A stretch of 64,000 nt of DNA from Candidatus Uhrbacteria bacterium (GTDB lineage Bacteria; Patescibacteriota; Patescibacteriia; UBA9934; GWF2-40-263). Below are positions 7,781 to 17,270 of the stretch, piece by piece; positions within the stretch are counted from its first letter, which is position 1; each line of letters starts with the position of its first letter. A program made the translations under genes and the position numbers. The notes under the pieces are model-generated. The model searched no databases. It was not told the origin of the DNA and was given only the letters and a program-made list of their open reading frames with translations. Location of the stretch: assembly GCA_023246355.1 (NCBI GenBank), contig JAHFIQ010000001.1, forward strand, positions 286,247 through 350,246. Direction: 5' to 3'.

Positions 7781-10750
7781 ATGTCGACACATCAATACAA
7801 TCGCCAAGGGTGGAGTGGAAGAAGCCGCTCACGCATGGGACGGATGCGATCCTTCACGCGGGGTCTTTCCAAAGGAACACTCATCAAAAACGGAATCCTC
7901 CTGGGAATCGTCTGTCTCTTTGCTGGATCTCTTGGCGTCTTAGGGCTTATGGCCTTTGTGTCAAAAGATCTTCCCAATCCCAACAGTCTCACAGAACGAT
8001 CCATTTCCCAGACAACCAAAATTTACGATCGCACGGGTGAACATGTTCTGTACGAAATCTTTGGCGATGAAAACCGCACACTAAAAAAACTCCAAACCGG
8101 ATTTTGTGGAGATGACGAAAATCTTGAAACAGATGGCAGCGGCATTCCCCTGTTCGCCGTACAAGCAACCATTGCCGCAGAAGACCGAAATTTTTGTGAA
8201 CACGGTGGGTTTGACGTGAAAGGGCTCATCCGTGCCGTGTTTCAAAACCTCATCGGCAATCGCGTGGGCGGTTCCACGCTCACCCAGCAGCTGGTCAAAA
8301 ACGCCATTCTCTCAAATGAAAAAACCATTATCCGTAAAGTGAAGGAACTCATCCTCTCGCTCGCCCTTGAACGTCGGTATTCAAAAGACGAAATTCTCCA
8401 AATCTATTTCAATGAAATCCCTTACGGCTCCACCTACTACGGCATGGAGGCGGCTGCCCAAAATTATTTTGGCATCTCGGTAAACGAACTCACCCTTGCC
8501 CAAGCTGCCACACTGGCAGCGCTTCCAAAAGCTCCCACGACCTACCTCAATAATCCCGATCGTCTTCAAGCGCGACGGGATTACATTTTGGGCGAGATGC
8601 TCGAGCTTGGATTCATTGACCAATCAACGTATGACACAGCCGTGGCCGAGGCCACACCTGTGGATGTTTCGATTACCAATATCGATGCTCCCCACTTTGT
8701 TCTGTACGTGAAAGAACTTCTGGAAGAAACATATGGACGCAGCGAAGTCGAGGAAGGTGGGCTCAAGGTCACCACAACCCTCGACTATGACATGCAGATG
8801 ATCGCAGAAGAAGAGGTAAAAAAAGGAGTGGATGAAAACGTGGAAAAATATGGTCTGACCAACGCCGCTCTGGTGGCGATTGATCCAAAGACCGGACAAA
8901 TCCTTTCCATGGTCGGATCCAAAGATTATTTTGATGATTCAATCGACGGCCAGGTGAACGTTGCCACTCGACTGCGCCAGCCAGGAAGCAGCTTCAAACC
9001 CATTGTCTATACCAAAGCGTTTGAACTTGGCTACACCCCAAACACGGTTCTCTGGGACGTGGAAACAACCTTTCCAACCGTGACCGGTGACTACACACCA
9101 CACAACTACGACGGAAGCGAACATGGTCCCATTCGTATTTTGAATGCGCTGCAACTCTCACTCAATATTCCTGCGGTCAAAATGGTGTACATGGTGGGCG
9201 TGGAAAACGCGCTGGATTTTGCCACCAGCCTTGGCTATACCTCCTTTGGTGACCACTCAGCATTTGGGATGTCTGTGGTGTTGGGTGGCGGCGAGGTGCA
9301 ACTGTTGGAACACACCGCGGCCTATGGTGTGCTCGCCAACGAAGGCGTGAAAAACGAAACCGTTTCCATTTTGAAAGTGGAAGATGCTGATGGTGAAGTC
9401 CTTGAGGAGTGGAAACAAAAAGAAGGGAAACGCGTGATCGACGAAAACATCGCAAGAATGACGAGCTATGTCCTGTCCAACAATGAGGCTCGCACTCCTG
9501 TGTTTGGTGCCAATAGTTATCTTCAGTTGGGTGAGAGACCTGTGGCAGCCAAAACTGGAACCACGAACGATTACCGCGATGGATGGTTGATGGGTTACAC
9601 GCCGTCCTTGGTTGCAGGTGTCTGGGTGGGAAACAACGACAACACTCCCATGAACAAAGCGGGTGGATCGATTGGTGCGGGACCTATCTGGAATGGATTC
9701 ATGAAACGCGTGATGGAAGGAAGGCCCATCGAAACCTTCGCGTCCCCTGAGATCAAACAAACAGGCAAGGCGGTCTTGGACGGTGAGATTGGCTCTACGA
9801 CCGTGACGATCGATCGTGCATCAGGGAAACTGGCAACCGAATACACCCCAGATTCTTATCGTGAAGAAAAAACGTTCGCCCAGTACCATTCTCTTTTGCA
9901 CTACGTGGACCGAGATGATCCACTGGGTCCTGTCCCAGAACATCCTGAAGAAGACGAACAGTACAGCGCCTGGGAAGCAGGCATCCAAACATGGCTTGCA
10001 AAAAAAGCTGCGGAGACTGGTGTGAAAATCTCAAGCGAAGATCCACCAACAGAGGAAGACGACCTGCATGTGCCAGGAAATTTTCCGTCTGTAAAAATTA
10101 CCTCACCTGATAAGAACGATTCCATCGACAGTCGCACACTCACAATGGACATCTCAGCCGATGCTCCGCGTGGTGTGGCGCGAGCTGAGTTCTATATCGA
10201 TGGCCAATATCTTGGTTCTGACTCTGCCTCACCCTACTCCTTGACCACCACGCTTCCCAGCTCTGTGGGCCGTGGTGTGCATACGGTGAAAGCCATCGCC
10301 TACGACGACATTGATAACGCAGGTTCTGACACGGTCACCATCACGGTCAATTCGGAGGGAAGCGACACGAGCTTCGAACTCATTGATCCCAAAAACGGAC
10401 AAAGCATCGAGGCCTCAAGCGCTCCCTACACGATCGTCGTGTCCATTGATGATCCAGAATCGTACCGATCCGTCAGTGTCTACGTTGAATCACTCGGCTC
10501 GGGATCTGAACAACTCATTGGGCAAACCTTGAACCCCAGTTCGCCCTTTCTTACATTCGACTGGACTCTGCCTGAATCTGGCACCTGGGCCTTATCTGCC
10601 CGTGCCTTATCTGAGGACAGATCTGAACTTTCTACGGCTGGAACGTTGGTTGAGATTGTAGAAAAAGCAGAAGCGGATTCGACAACAGAATCCGCTCCAG
10701 AAGACGAAACCGAAATTTTCGTTCCAGAAACGGATTTGAATTTGTTCTAA
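7781..10750 (+). CDS. Class A penicillin-binding protein (PBP1A family) with C-terminal Ig-like domains
   Basis: AAEDRNF, GGSTLTQQLVKN, RKVKE transglycosylase motifs; RQPGSSFKP, SLN, KTGT transpeptidase motifs. Confidence 0.95.
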   Translation: MSTHQYNRQGWSGRSRSRMGRMRSFTRGLSKGTLIKNGILLGIVCLFAGSLGVLGLMAFVSKDLPNPNSLTERSISQTTKIYDRTGEHVLYEIFGDENRTLKKLQTGFCGDDENLETDGSGIPLFAVQATIAAEDRNFCEHGGFDVKGLIRAVFQNLIGNRVGGSTLTQQLVKNAILSNEKTIIRKVKELILSLALERRYSKDEILQIYFNEIPYGSTYYGMEAAAQNYFGISVNELTLAQAATLAALPKAPTTYLNNPDRLQARRDYILGEMLELGFIDQSTYDTAVAEATPVDVSITNIDAPHFVLYVKELLEETYGRSEVEEGGLKVTTTLDYDMQMIAEEEVKKGVDENVEKYGLTNAALVAIDPKTGQILSMVGSKDYFDDSIDGQVNVATRLRQPGSSFKPIVYTKAFELGYTPNTVLWDVETTFPTVTGDYTPHNYDGSEHGPIRILNALQLSLNIPAVKMVYMVGVENALDFATSLGYTSFGDHSAFGMSVVLGGGEVQLLEHTAAYGVLANEGVKNETVSILKVEDADGEVLEEWKQKEGKRVIDENIARMTSYVLSNNEARTPVFGANSYLQLGERPVAAKTGTTNDYRDGWLMGYTPSLVAGVWVGNNDNTPMNKAGGSIGAGPIWNGFMKRVMEGRPIETFASPEIKQTGKAVLDGEIGSTTVTIDRASGKLATEYTPDSYREEKTFAQYHSLLHYVDRDDPLGPVPEHPEEDEQYSAWEAGIQTWLAKKAAETGVKISSEDPPTEEDDLHVPGNFPSVKITSPDKNDSIDSRTLTMDISADAPRGVARAEFYIDGQYLGSDSASPYSLTTTLPSSVGRGVHTVKAIAYDDIDNAGSDTVTITVNSEGSDTSFELIDPKNGQSIEASSAPYTIVVSIDDPESYRSVSVYVESLGSGSEQLIGQTLNPSSPFLTFDWTLPESGTWALSARALSEDRSELSTAGTLVEIVEKAEADSTTESAPEDETEIFVPETDLNLF

Positions 10751-10804
10751 CCATTGACATCGTGTCAAAAAAGGTGTCCAATCCCTGTAGGTTGTGAGGT
10801 CAGC

Positions 10805-12274
10805 ATGTTCCGTTCTTTCTGTGTTGTGCTTCTTTCTTCCCTGCTCACGGCAAGGTGCAACGGGCCCGCCAGTGATGCTGCTTCTTCTCACACAGGTGAG
10901 ACACAGACCTCGTCCGATCACCGCATTGAAAACGTGGTGATCGTCACCCTGGATGCCACCTCGGCCCAGTTTCAGGACAGCATTGAATTCGAACCCCTGC
11001 GTACGTTTCTGAGTGAGAACGGTTATCTGAGACTCCAGAACTACATCGACTCTGCCACCTGGACGACCGAGGCCATTGGCAGACTCACGAGTGGGCGTCA
11101 CCTGGATCTCACCCCCGGCTACTACGCAGAAGAAGCTGAGTACGGAAAAGCCGGACTCCCTTCCACGGTTCCCTCCGTGTTCACGCTCGCGGGCCAAAAC
11201 GGATGGCAGGTCCAGTACAGCACCCAGAATCCTCTTGCCGGTGTGCACAGTGGTCTTGCCCAAGGAGTGCCTGAGGAGTACTACAACGCAGGCGCTGGGA
11301 CGGTCAACGATGTTCCGGAGGGAGACCCGCTGTGGGACCGACAGGAGACGGAGCTTCAATTTCAGACAGCGAGTGCGCAACTGGACGCATGGCAAGCAGA
11401 GAATCCAGACGCGCAGACGCTCTCATGGCTTCATCTCATGTCGCTGCACGATCCCTTCACCTCAGACGTGATGGATCCATCCTGTTGGCCAGATGTCCAA
11501 AGCCTCGCAAGCTCCTGCTCATGGGAGGACTTGCTGGTACAGGGTGGGCCTGGAGCGATGCAGACCAACTACCATCCTCCCAGTGAGGAAGACGCTGAGG
11601 CTTGTGAAGCCGCCTACAAAGCGGCAGACCTGTGCATCGCAAGGGGGTCCATTCCAGCGCTCGTCTCAGGACTCACCCAGATGCAAGACGCAGGACACCT
11701 TGGTTCTGACACCCTGCTCATGGTCTCCAATGACCATGGGGAATGCACGGGAGCCGAGTTCTCCTGGGACCAGGATGATAATCGCGATGGGGTCAGCGAT
11801 CTTGATCGCTGCTGGTTGCACTACCGTCCCTACCTCATCGACGATCAGGTGCAGGGTATGGGATGGATCGGCTGGCAGGGAATGGCACCAGAGGACTTCG
11901 TGGTAAGCGGCGCGACCTCAGAAGTCGATCTGGTTCCAACGATCCTGGACCTCACTGGGATGGATCCTGGAACCGCGACGTTTGATGGGATCGACATGCG
12001 CGAGGCGAGTCCAGAACGAAACGTGATGACGGTTTTCTGGAATGCCGAGACGCAGCGTCCCGTGTACCGAGTCACCTCAGGTGACGGCGCCTACGCCCTT
12101 TCCTGGTCGCCAGAAACTCCCACAGATGTCTTCGTGAACCGCGAACGCGACCCAGAGTTTCTCGTGAACCTGAGTGACAACCCAGATGCCTGGACAAAGG
12201 ACGAGCTGGTCAGGTACCAGGAAATGTCCGCTCAACTGAATGACTACTACGATGCGTTTCTCGCTGTGCAGTAG
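10805..12274 (+). CDS. Sulfatase/alkaline-phosphatase-superfamily exported protein (possible lipoprotein)
   Basis: NVVIVTLDAT, LHLMSLHDPF, NDHGE, DLVPTILDLTG, FDG, DP.FLVNL; signal-like N-terminus ending in Cys. Confidence 0.75.
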   Translation: MFRSFCVVLLSSLLTARCNGPASDAASSHTGETQTSSDHRIENVVIVTLDATSAQFQDSIEFEPLRTFLSENGYLRLQNYIDSATWTTEAIGRLTSGRHLDLTPGYYAEEAEYGKAGLPSTVPSVFTLAGQNGWQVQYSTQNPLAGVHSGLAQGVPEEYYNAGAGTVNDVPEGDPLWDRQETELQFQTASAQLDAWQAENPDAQTLSWLHLMSLHDPFTSDVMDPSCWPDVQSLASSCSWEDLLVQGGPGAMQTNYHPPSEEDAEACEAAYKAADLCIARGSIPALVSGLTQMQDAGHLGSDTLLMVSNDHGECTGAEFSWDQDDNRDGVSDLDRCWLHYRPYLIDDQVQGMGWIGWQGMAPEDFVVSGATSEVDLVPTILDLTGMDPGTATFDGIDMREASPERNVMTVFWNAETQRPVYRVTSGDGAYALSWSPETPTDVFVNRERDPEFLVNLSDNPDAWTKDELVRYQEMSAQLNDYYDAFLAVQ

Positions 12275-12316
12275 TCGCTCCCACGTCCCCTCGACCCATC
12301 GAGGGTTTTATTTTTC

Positions 12317-13024
12317 TCACGTCAAAAACGCATCGCGCATCAGGTTCTCGCTGCCGAGCTCCGCGGCGGAGCCAGCAAAACGTATCTGTCCGGCCGCAAG
12401 CAAGTATCCTCGATCAACGTACTGAAGAGCGAGACGAACGTTTTGTTCAACCACGAGGATCGTGGTGCCGGATTGTCTCAGTCGCTCAAGAGTTTGAAAA
12501 ACTTCATGCATGAGTTTGGGAGAAAGCCCAAGTGAGGGCTCGTCCAACATCAACAACTCAGGGGTCATCATGAGAGCTCTGCCGATCGCGAGTTGTTGTT
12601 GCTGACCTCCCGACAGACTGCCGGCGCGGGATCGATATTTTTCTTTCAACGCAGGAAAGATCTCGTACACTCGTTCCTTGTTTTGACGCAGTGTTTGTTT
12701 GTGATCGATAGAATAGCCACCCATGTCGAGATTTTCCTCAACCGTGAGCGACGGAAACACGAGCCGACCTTGAGGCACGTAGCCAATACCTTCTTCAATG
12801 AGCGCATGCGTTGGAAGCTTTGTGATGTCTGACCCACGAAAGTGTATTTCACCAGCTGTTTTGGTCGTGAGCCCAAAGACAGATTTGAGAACTGTCGACT
12901 TCCCTGCGCCGTTTGGACCAATGAGCACAACCATCTCGCCCGGAAGAATCTCAAGACCTACGTCCTGCAGGACGGTTGAGTCCCCGTAGCCAGCGGAAAG
13001 ATTTTTGATCGTAAGCAAACTCAT
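12317..13024 (-). CDS. livF: Branched-chain amino acid ABC transporter ATPase
   Basis: GPNGAGKST, LSGGQQQ, LDEPSLGLSP, VEQN. Confidence 0.92.
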   Translation of the reverse strand: MSLLTIKNLSAGYGDSTVLQDVGLEILPGEMVVLIGPNGAGKSTVLKSVFGLTTKTAGEIHFRGSDITKLPTHALIEEGIGYVPQGRLVFPSLTVEENLDMGGYSIDHKQTLRQNKERVYEIFPALKEKYRSRAGSLSGGQQQQLAIGRALMMTPELLMLDEPSLGLSPKLMHEVFQTLERLRQSGTTILVVEQNVRLALQYVDRGYLLAAGQIRFAGSAAELGSENLMRDAFLT

Positions 13025-13563
13025 AGACTTGCCGCAGGAAAAAAATCTGGTTGATGAAAATCAGGTTCAGTCCCAGGAAGCGCGCCAAAGGCCAAGAAGT
13101 GTGAACCCATGATCGCAAAGGCGTTGATCGCACGTAGATTCTCGGGAACGATTTTCCATGGGATGGTCACCTCACTCACCCATTGTTTTTCAGACGTCTT
13201 TTCAAATCGAATGACCGGCCGAAGGGTTTCAAACGTATTGGATCTTCGACGAATCGAATCAAACCCAAGCAGCAAAAAATGTCCTCCCGCTCCCAACTCC
13301 AACTCAACATATTGATGTCCAGGCCCCACGAGGAACAGCTCCACCACATCAAAATTCCAAAGCCCTTCAACGCGTGACCCCATCGGTGCCTCGGGGACAC
13401 GTTGTTCCAGCAGCAAGGGAGCTAGAGCGCGAACATGCAGCCCGTCCTTGATCTGTGAGACCTGAAGATCTGCCCACAGACGATCGTCAGGGCACATGCT
13501 TCCATTCCACAGGTGATCCATGTGAAGCGTCAGAATTTCTGGATGATGAGGGATGAGAATCAT
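13021..13563 (-). CDS. Hypothetical CBM9/DOMON-like protein resembling UPF0462 (C4orf33-like)
   Basis: LWNFDVVELFL..QYVELELG..GHFLLL and C-terminal PDFH. Confidence 0.55.
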   Translation of the reverse strand: MILIPHHPEILTLHMDHLWNGSMCPDDRLWADLQVSQIKDGLHVRALAPLLLEQRVPEAPMGSRVEGLWNFDVVELFLVGPGHQYVELELGAGGHFLLLGFDSIRRRSNTFETLRPVIRFEKTSEKQWVSEVTIPWKIVPENLRAINAFAIMGSHFLAFGALPGTEPDFHQPDFFPAASL

Positions 13564-14300
13564 AGAGAACCAAGATAGGCATCCAAGACGACTGTGTTTT
13601 TAAAAATTGACTCTGGAGTCCCCTTTGCAAGTACCGCGCCCTGATCCATCACGATGACATGCTGTACAACTGCGCGGACAAAGTCCATGTCGTGTTCGAT
13701 CAGCAAAATCGTTTCGCCTTTCTCCTGCAACTGCTTCAAGAGAGTCTTGAACTGCTCGCGCAGCACAGGATTCACGCCCGCCACAGGTTCGTCGAGCATC
13801 AAAAATGTGTGAGGATTCAAGAGGGCCCGGGCAAGATCAAACAATTTTTGCTGACCATAGGAAAGTTCCATCACGGGCGCTTGGGGATTCTTTTCAAGTC
13901 CAACAAACGCGAGCATCTCGTGAACCGTCTTTTTTTCTTGCGCATCCTGTGAAGCCCCTCGCAACCACATCCGCACGAATTGATCGTCGTCGCACCGCAA
14001 TGCCAGCAGTAAATTTTCTTCAATCGATAAATTTTTGAACAGCCGTGCGAGCTGAAACGTTCTTGAAATTCCCAACCTGGCTCTGCGCCACGCCGGAAGT
14101 CCTTTGAGCTCATGGCCGTCAAAGAGCATGGATCCCGCCTCTGCTTCTATCAGTCCAGACACCAGATGGAACACCGTTGTTTTTCCAGCGCCGTTTGGAC
14201 CCACCAGCGCCGTGATCGCATTTTTTGGAACTTCAAAACATACGTCATCAACAGCCTTTACGCCTCCGAAAGATTTGGTGAGGTTTGAAATATTCAACAT
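13560..14300 (-). CDS. livG: Branched-chain amino acid ABC transporter ATPase
   Basis: KSFGGVKAV, GPNGAGKTT, RTFQ, LSYGQQK, LDEPVAGVN, IEHDM. Confidence 0.92.
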   Translation of the reverse strand: MLNISNLTKSFGGVKAVDDVCFEVPKNAITALVGPNGAGKTTVFHLVSGLIEAEAGSMLFDGHELKGLPAWRRARLGISRTFQLARLFKNLSIEENLLLALRCDDDQFVRMWLRGASQDAQEKKTVHEMLAFVGLEKNPQAPVMELSYGQQKLFDLARALLNPHTFLMLDEPVAGVNPVLREQFKTLLKQLQEKGETILLIEHDMDFVRAVVQHVIVMDQGAVLAKGTPESIFKNTVVLDAYLGSL

Positions 14301-14301
14301 A

Positions 14302-15165
14302 CTAGCTCTCCAACTCTGCTCGGCCCATCAACCCTCGAGGACGCCGCAAGATAATGAAAAGAAGCAAACACATCATGATCATGAGTCTCAAAGGTCCTAT
14401 GAGACTTGATGGGAATGATAAAAATCGCAGAGGTTCCAAAAGCGCAAACAAGATAACCACCCCCACAACGGTTCCGCGCATGCTGGCCACCCCGCCGATC
14501 ATCATGCCAGAGAGAGCACTCACAAGCAGATCCAGCCAGAATGAATTTGGAGCAATGAACTGAACAAAGTGCGCAAGAAGCGCACCAGCCATCCCAACAA
14601 TAAAACCAGAAATCATCATGGCTATAAGTTTGAGTTTGAACACAGGCTTGCCCAGCATTTGCGCCACTTCCTCATCATCTCGCACCGCCTCAAGTGCACG
14701 ACCAAACGGAGAGTGAACAAGACGATCGAGAAATAAAAATGTCGTTGCGGTGATGCACGCGACCAACAGAAGGTACATCGAATTGCTCAGAAACATCTCT
14801 GGCCGTGGAATGCCTGGGATGCCGAGCGTTCCACGCGTCACAGATTCCCCGTTCACCAGAACAGCGAACACGACAAATAAAAATCCCAGCGTCACAAGCG
14901 CGTAGTAGTCGCCTTTTATTTTTTTGGCAGGGAGAGCAAGGATCCCAGCCACGCACATCGTGAGAAGACCGGCCGCCAGAAGCCCAAGGGCAAACGGCAG
15001 GTGAAAATTTTTCACCAGAATCGCACTGACGTACGCACCGATCCCCATCAGTCCCACATGTCCGAGATTCAAGAGCCCTGTGTAGCCCACGACCAAATTG
15101 AACGACAGAGACATCAAGATGTAAATGCCAATGAGACTCCCTAAGTGGATGAGATAGGCATCCAT
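14302..15165 (-). CDS. livM: Branched-chain amino acid ABC permease
   Basis: GYTGLLNLGH, GDYYALVTLGF, SPFGRALEAVRDDE, PRGLMG. Confidence 0.9.
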   Translation of the reverse strand: MDAYLIHLGSLIGIYILMSLSFNLVVGYTGLLNLGHVGLMGIGAYVSAILVKNFHLPFALGLLAAGLLTMCVAGILALPAKKIKGDYYALVTLGFLFVVFAVLVNGESVTRGTLGIPGIPRPEMFLSNSMYLLLVACITATTFLFLDRLVHSPFGRALEAVRDDEEVAQMLGKPVFKLKLIAMMISGFIVGMAGALLAHFVQFIAPNSFWLDLLVSALSGMMIGGVASMRGTVVGVVILFALLEPLRFLSFPSSLIGPLRLMIMMCLLLFIILRRPRGLMGRAELES

Positions 15166-15166
15166 A

Positions 15167-16033
15167 CTAACTAAACCGTCGGCCAAAAAGGCCATGAGGT
15201 TTCATGAGCAGAAAAATAAACAGCAGTGTGAAGGCCATCGCGTTTCTCCACGAGGAGCCTAAGTACCACACAGACGCTTGTTCAACCCCCGAGAGCAAGA
15301 GGCTTCCCACAATCGCGCCCGTCATTGATCCAGGACCTCCGATGACCGCGGCGGTAAACCCCTTGATCGCCATCATGACACCCATGTTGGGATCGAGATT
15401 AAACTCAAGCGCATAAAAAATCGCCGCCACGCCTGCCAGAGCGGAACCCAGTGCAAAGGTGAGACGACGGATCTGGCGAGTATCAATTCCAAGCACAGAT
15501 GCCACCACTTCATTGTCAGCGGTCGCCCGCATGGTTTTGCCAAAACGTGTGTGGGTTGAAAGAAGGTGAAGAAGAAAAAAGATCACAACGGTCGTGGCCA
15601 TCAGAAGAAGCTGAAGTGTTGTGACATGAGCGCCAACAATCACGTGAACCTGGCTTGAGAAACCAAGCGATTGATTCTGCCCGCCGAAAATCGCAATGAT
15701 GAGCGCACCTGAGATCATCAAAAGAGCGATCGTGGCAATGAGATACCCAAGCCCTTTGGAATTTCGCCGCCTGAGTGGTTCGTAGACAAGTTCGTTCATG
15801 ACCAGTCCCAAGACCGTGCTTGTCACGATTGCCATGAGCGCGGATAAAACGATATTCCATGAAAGGACGGAGGTGGTAAACCAAAACGCGTACGCAGACA
15901 AAGCAATCACCCCGCCGTGAGCCAAATGAAACACCCGCGTGGTTGAATAAATGAAAACAAGCCCAGAGGCGAGCAGTGCATAAATACAAGCAGCGATGAG
16001 GCCATGAAAGACGAGCTCGACAAAAACATCCAT
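15167..16033 (-). CDS. livH: Branched-chain amino acid ABC permease
   Basis: YALLASGL, FHLAHG, TRFGKTMRATADN, KGFTAAVIGG, PHGLFG. Confidence 0.9.
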   Translation of the reverse strand: MDVFVELVFHGLIAACIYALLASGLVFIYSTTRVFHLAHGGVIALSAYAFWFTTSVLSWNIVLSALMAIVTSTVLGLVMNELVYEPLRRRNSKGLGYLIATIALLMISGALIIAIFGGQNQSLGFSSQVHVIVGAHVTTLQLLLMATTVVIFFLLHLLSTHTRFGKTMRATADNEVVASVLGIDTRQIRRLTFALGSALAGVAAIFYALEFNLDPNMGVMMAIKGFTAAVIGGPGSMTGAIVGSLLLSGVEQASVWYLGSSWRNAMAFTLLFIFLLMKPHGLFGRRFS

Positions 16034-16090
16034 AGTGGGTCTATCCTAGCAAATACAAAAGACGAGAGCCATTGCCCTCGTCTTTTTTTC

Positions 16091-17257
16091 TTACTTTGTT
16101 GTTTCAACTTCTGGCACCACGTTGGCTTGTGCTTGCAAAGGCACAAGCGCACCACTAATCGCCTGAACGAGGGTCAGTTCTACTTCAGCGTCTCCGTTCT
16201 CATCAAAGTTGAATGTCCCAATCGCACCTGGCCAATCAACGACCTGGTAGCCGAAGTAGCCAGCCACAGCCTCTGCGTCTTCTCCAACGCTTCCAACTGC
16301 CTCTGCGAGCAGGTAGACGCTGTCATAGGCAGAGGCGGTGTAGGCCACGAACTCAGGCGAGTTGCCATACATCGCCTCGTAGGCAGTAAGCATGTCGACC
16401 GCCTTCCCTTCGCTTGGCAACTGAACCTCAGCCATCACAACTTCTTCATACAAAGATGGGTTCGCCGCGATCGCTGATCGGTCGATCATGGCGTTATTGG
16501 CAAACACGGCCACGTTCATGCCTGATTCGGCAATCTGTTTCAAGATGAGTTCTCCAGCGGCTGGACTCTGAGGACTCACGTAGACCATCTGGGGATTGGC
16601 CGCGCGCAACTTGGTAATCAGCGTTCGAAAATCTGTTTCACCGGAGTTGAATGTCTCATCAAAAACAACTTCTCCTGTGTAGGACGCCTTGAATGCATTT
16701 CTCACGCCTTGGGCAAAATCTGTTGTCTCTGAAATAATCGCCGCGCGCATCTGACCGGTGGACTCAGCATAGCTTGCTACCATCTTGGCTTCAAAATCAT
16801 CAGAAGGATAGGTGCGGAACACCAGATCTCCTGCGTCTGTGATGTCAGGGCTGGTGGCAGAAGGCGAGAGCAAGAGCACACGGGCGGCCTGCGTAATGGG
16901 TGCAGCAGCAAGGGTTTCTCCAGAGCAGGTTCCACCCAAAATAAACTTGACCCCATCCACACTCACGAGCTTCTGTGTGGCTGTGGTGGCCGCCGCCCCA
17001 TCGCATTTGGAATCTTCGTACACGAGTTCGATATTTTTGCCGTTTACGCCACCAGCGGCATTGATCTGTGAGACCGCAAGATCATAGGCGCGCTGCATGG
17101 CTGTCCCATAGCTTGCTGCGTCCCCGGTGAGCGGGGTGAGCACACCGACTTTGAGTGTTCCTCCTGATCCGCCCGTTGCAGAAAAATACACGAAACCGAG
17201 CACGATAAGGACGATTCCGATCGTCCACAGAAGGGCGTTGTTGTTCTTTTCGGCCAT
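16091..17257 (-). CDS. LivJ/K-type ABC substrate-binding protein
   Basis: KVGVLTPLTG, INAAGGVNGK.IEL, EDSKC, FRTYPSD, GETDF. Confidence 0.9.
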   Translation of the reverse strand: MAEKNNNALLWTIGIVLIVLGFVYFSATGGSGGTLKVGVLTPLTGDAASYGTAMQRAYDLAVSQINAAGGVNGKNIELVYEDSKCDGAAATTATQKLVSVDGVKFILGGTCSGETLAAAPITQAARVLLLSPSATSPDITDAGDLVFRTYPSDDFEAKMVASYAESTGQMRAAIISETTDFAQGVRNAFKASYTGEVVFDETFNSGETDFRTLITKLRAANPQMVYVSPQSPAAGELILKQIAESGMNVAVFANNAMIDRSAIAANPSLYEEVVMAEVQLPSEGKAVDMLTAYEAMYGNSPEFVAYTASAYDSVYLLAEAVGSVGEDAEAVAGYFGYQVVDWPGAIGTFNFDENGDAEVELTLVQAISGALVPLQAQANVVPEVETTK

Positions 17258-17270
17258 AGAGATTTAGTTG

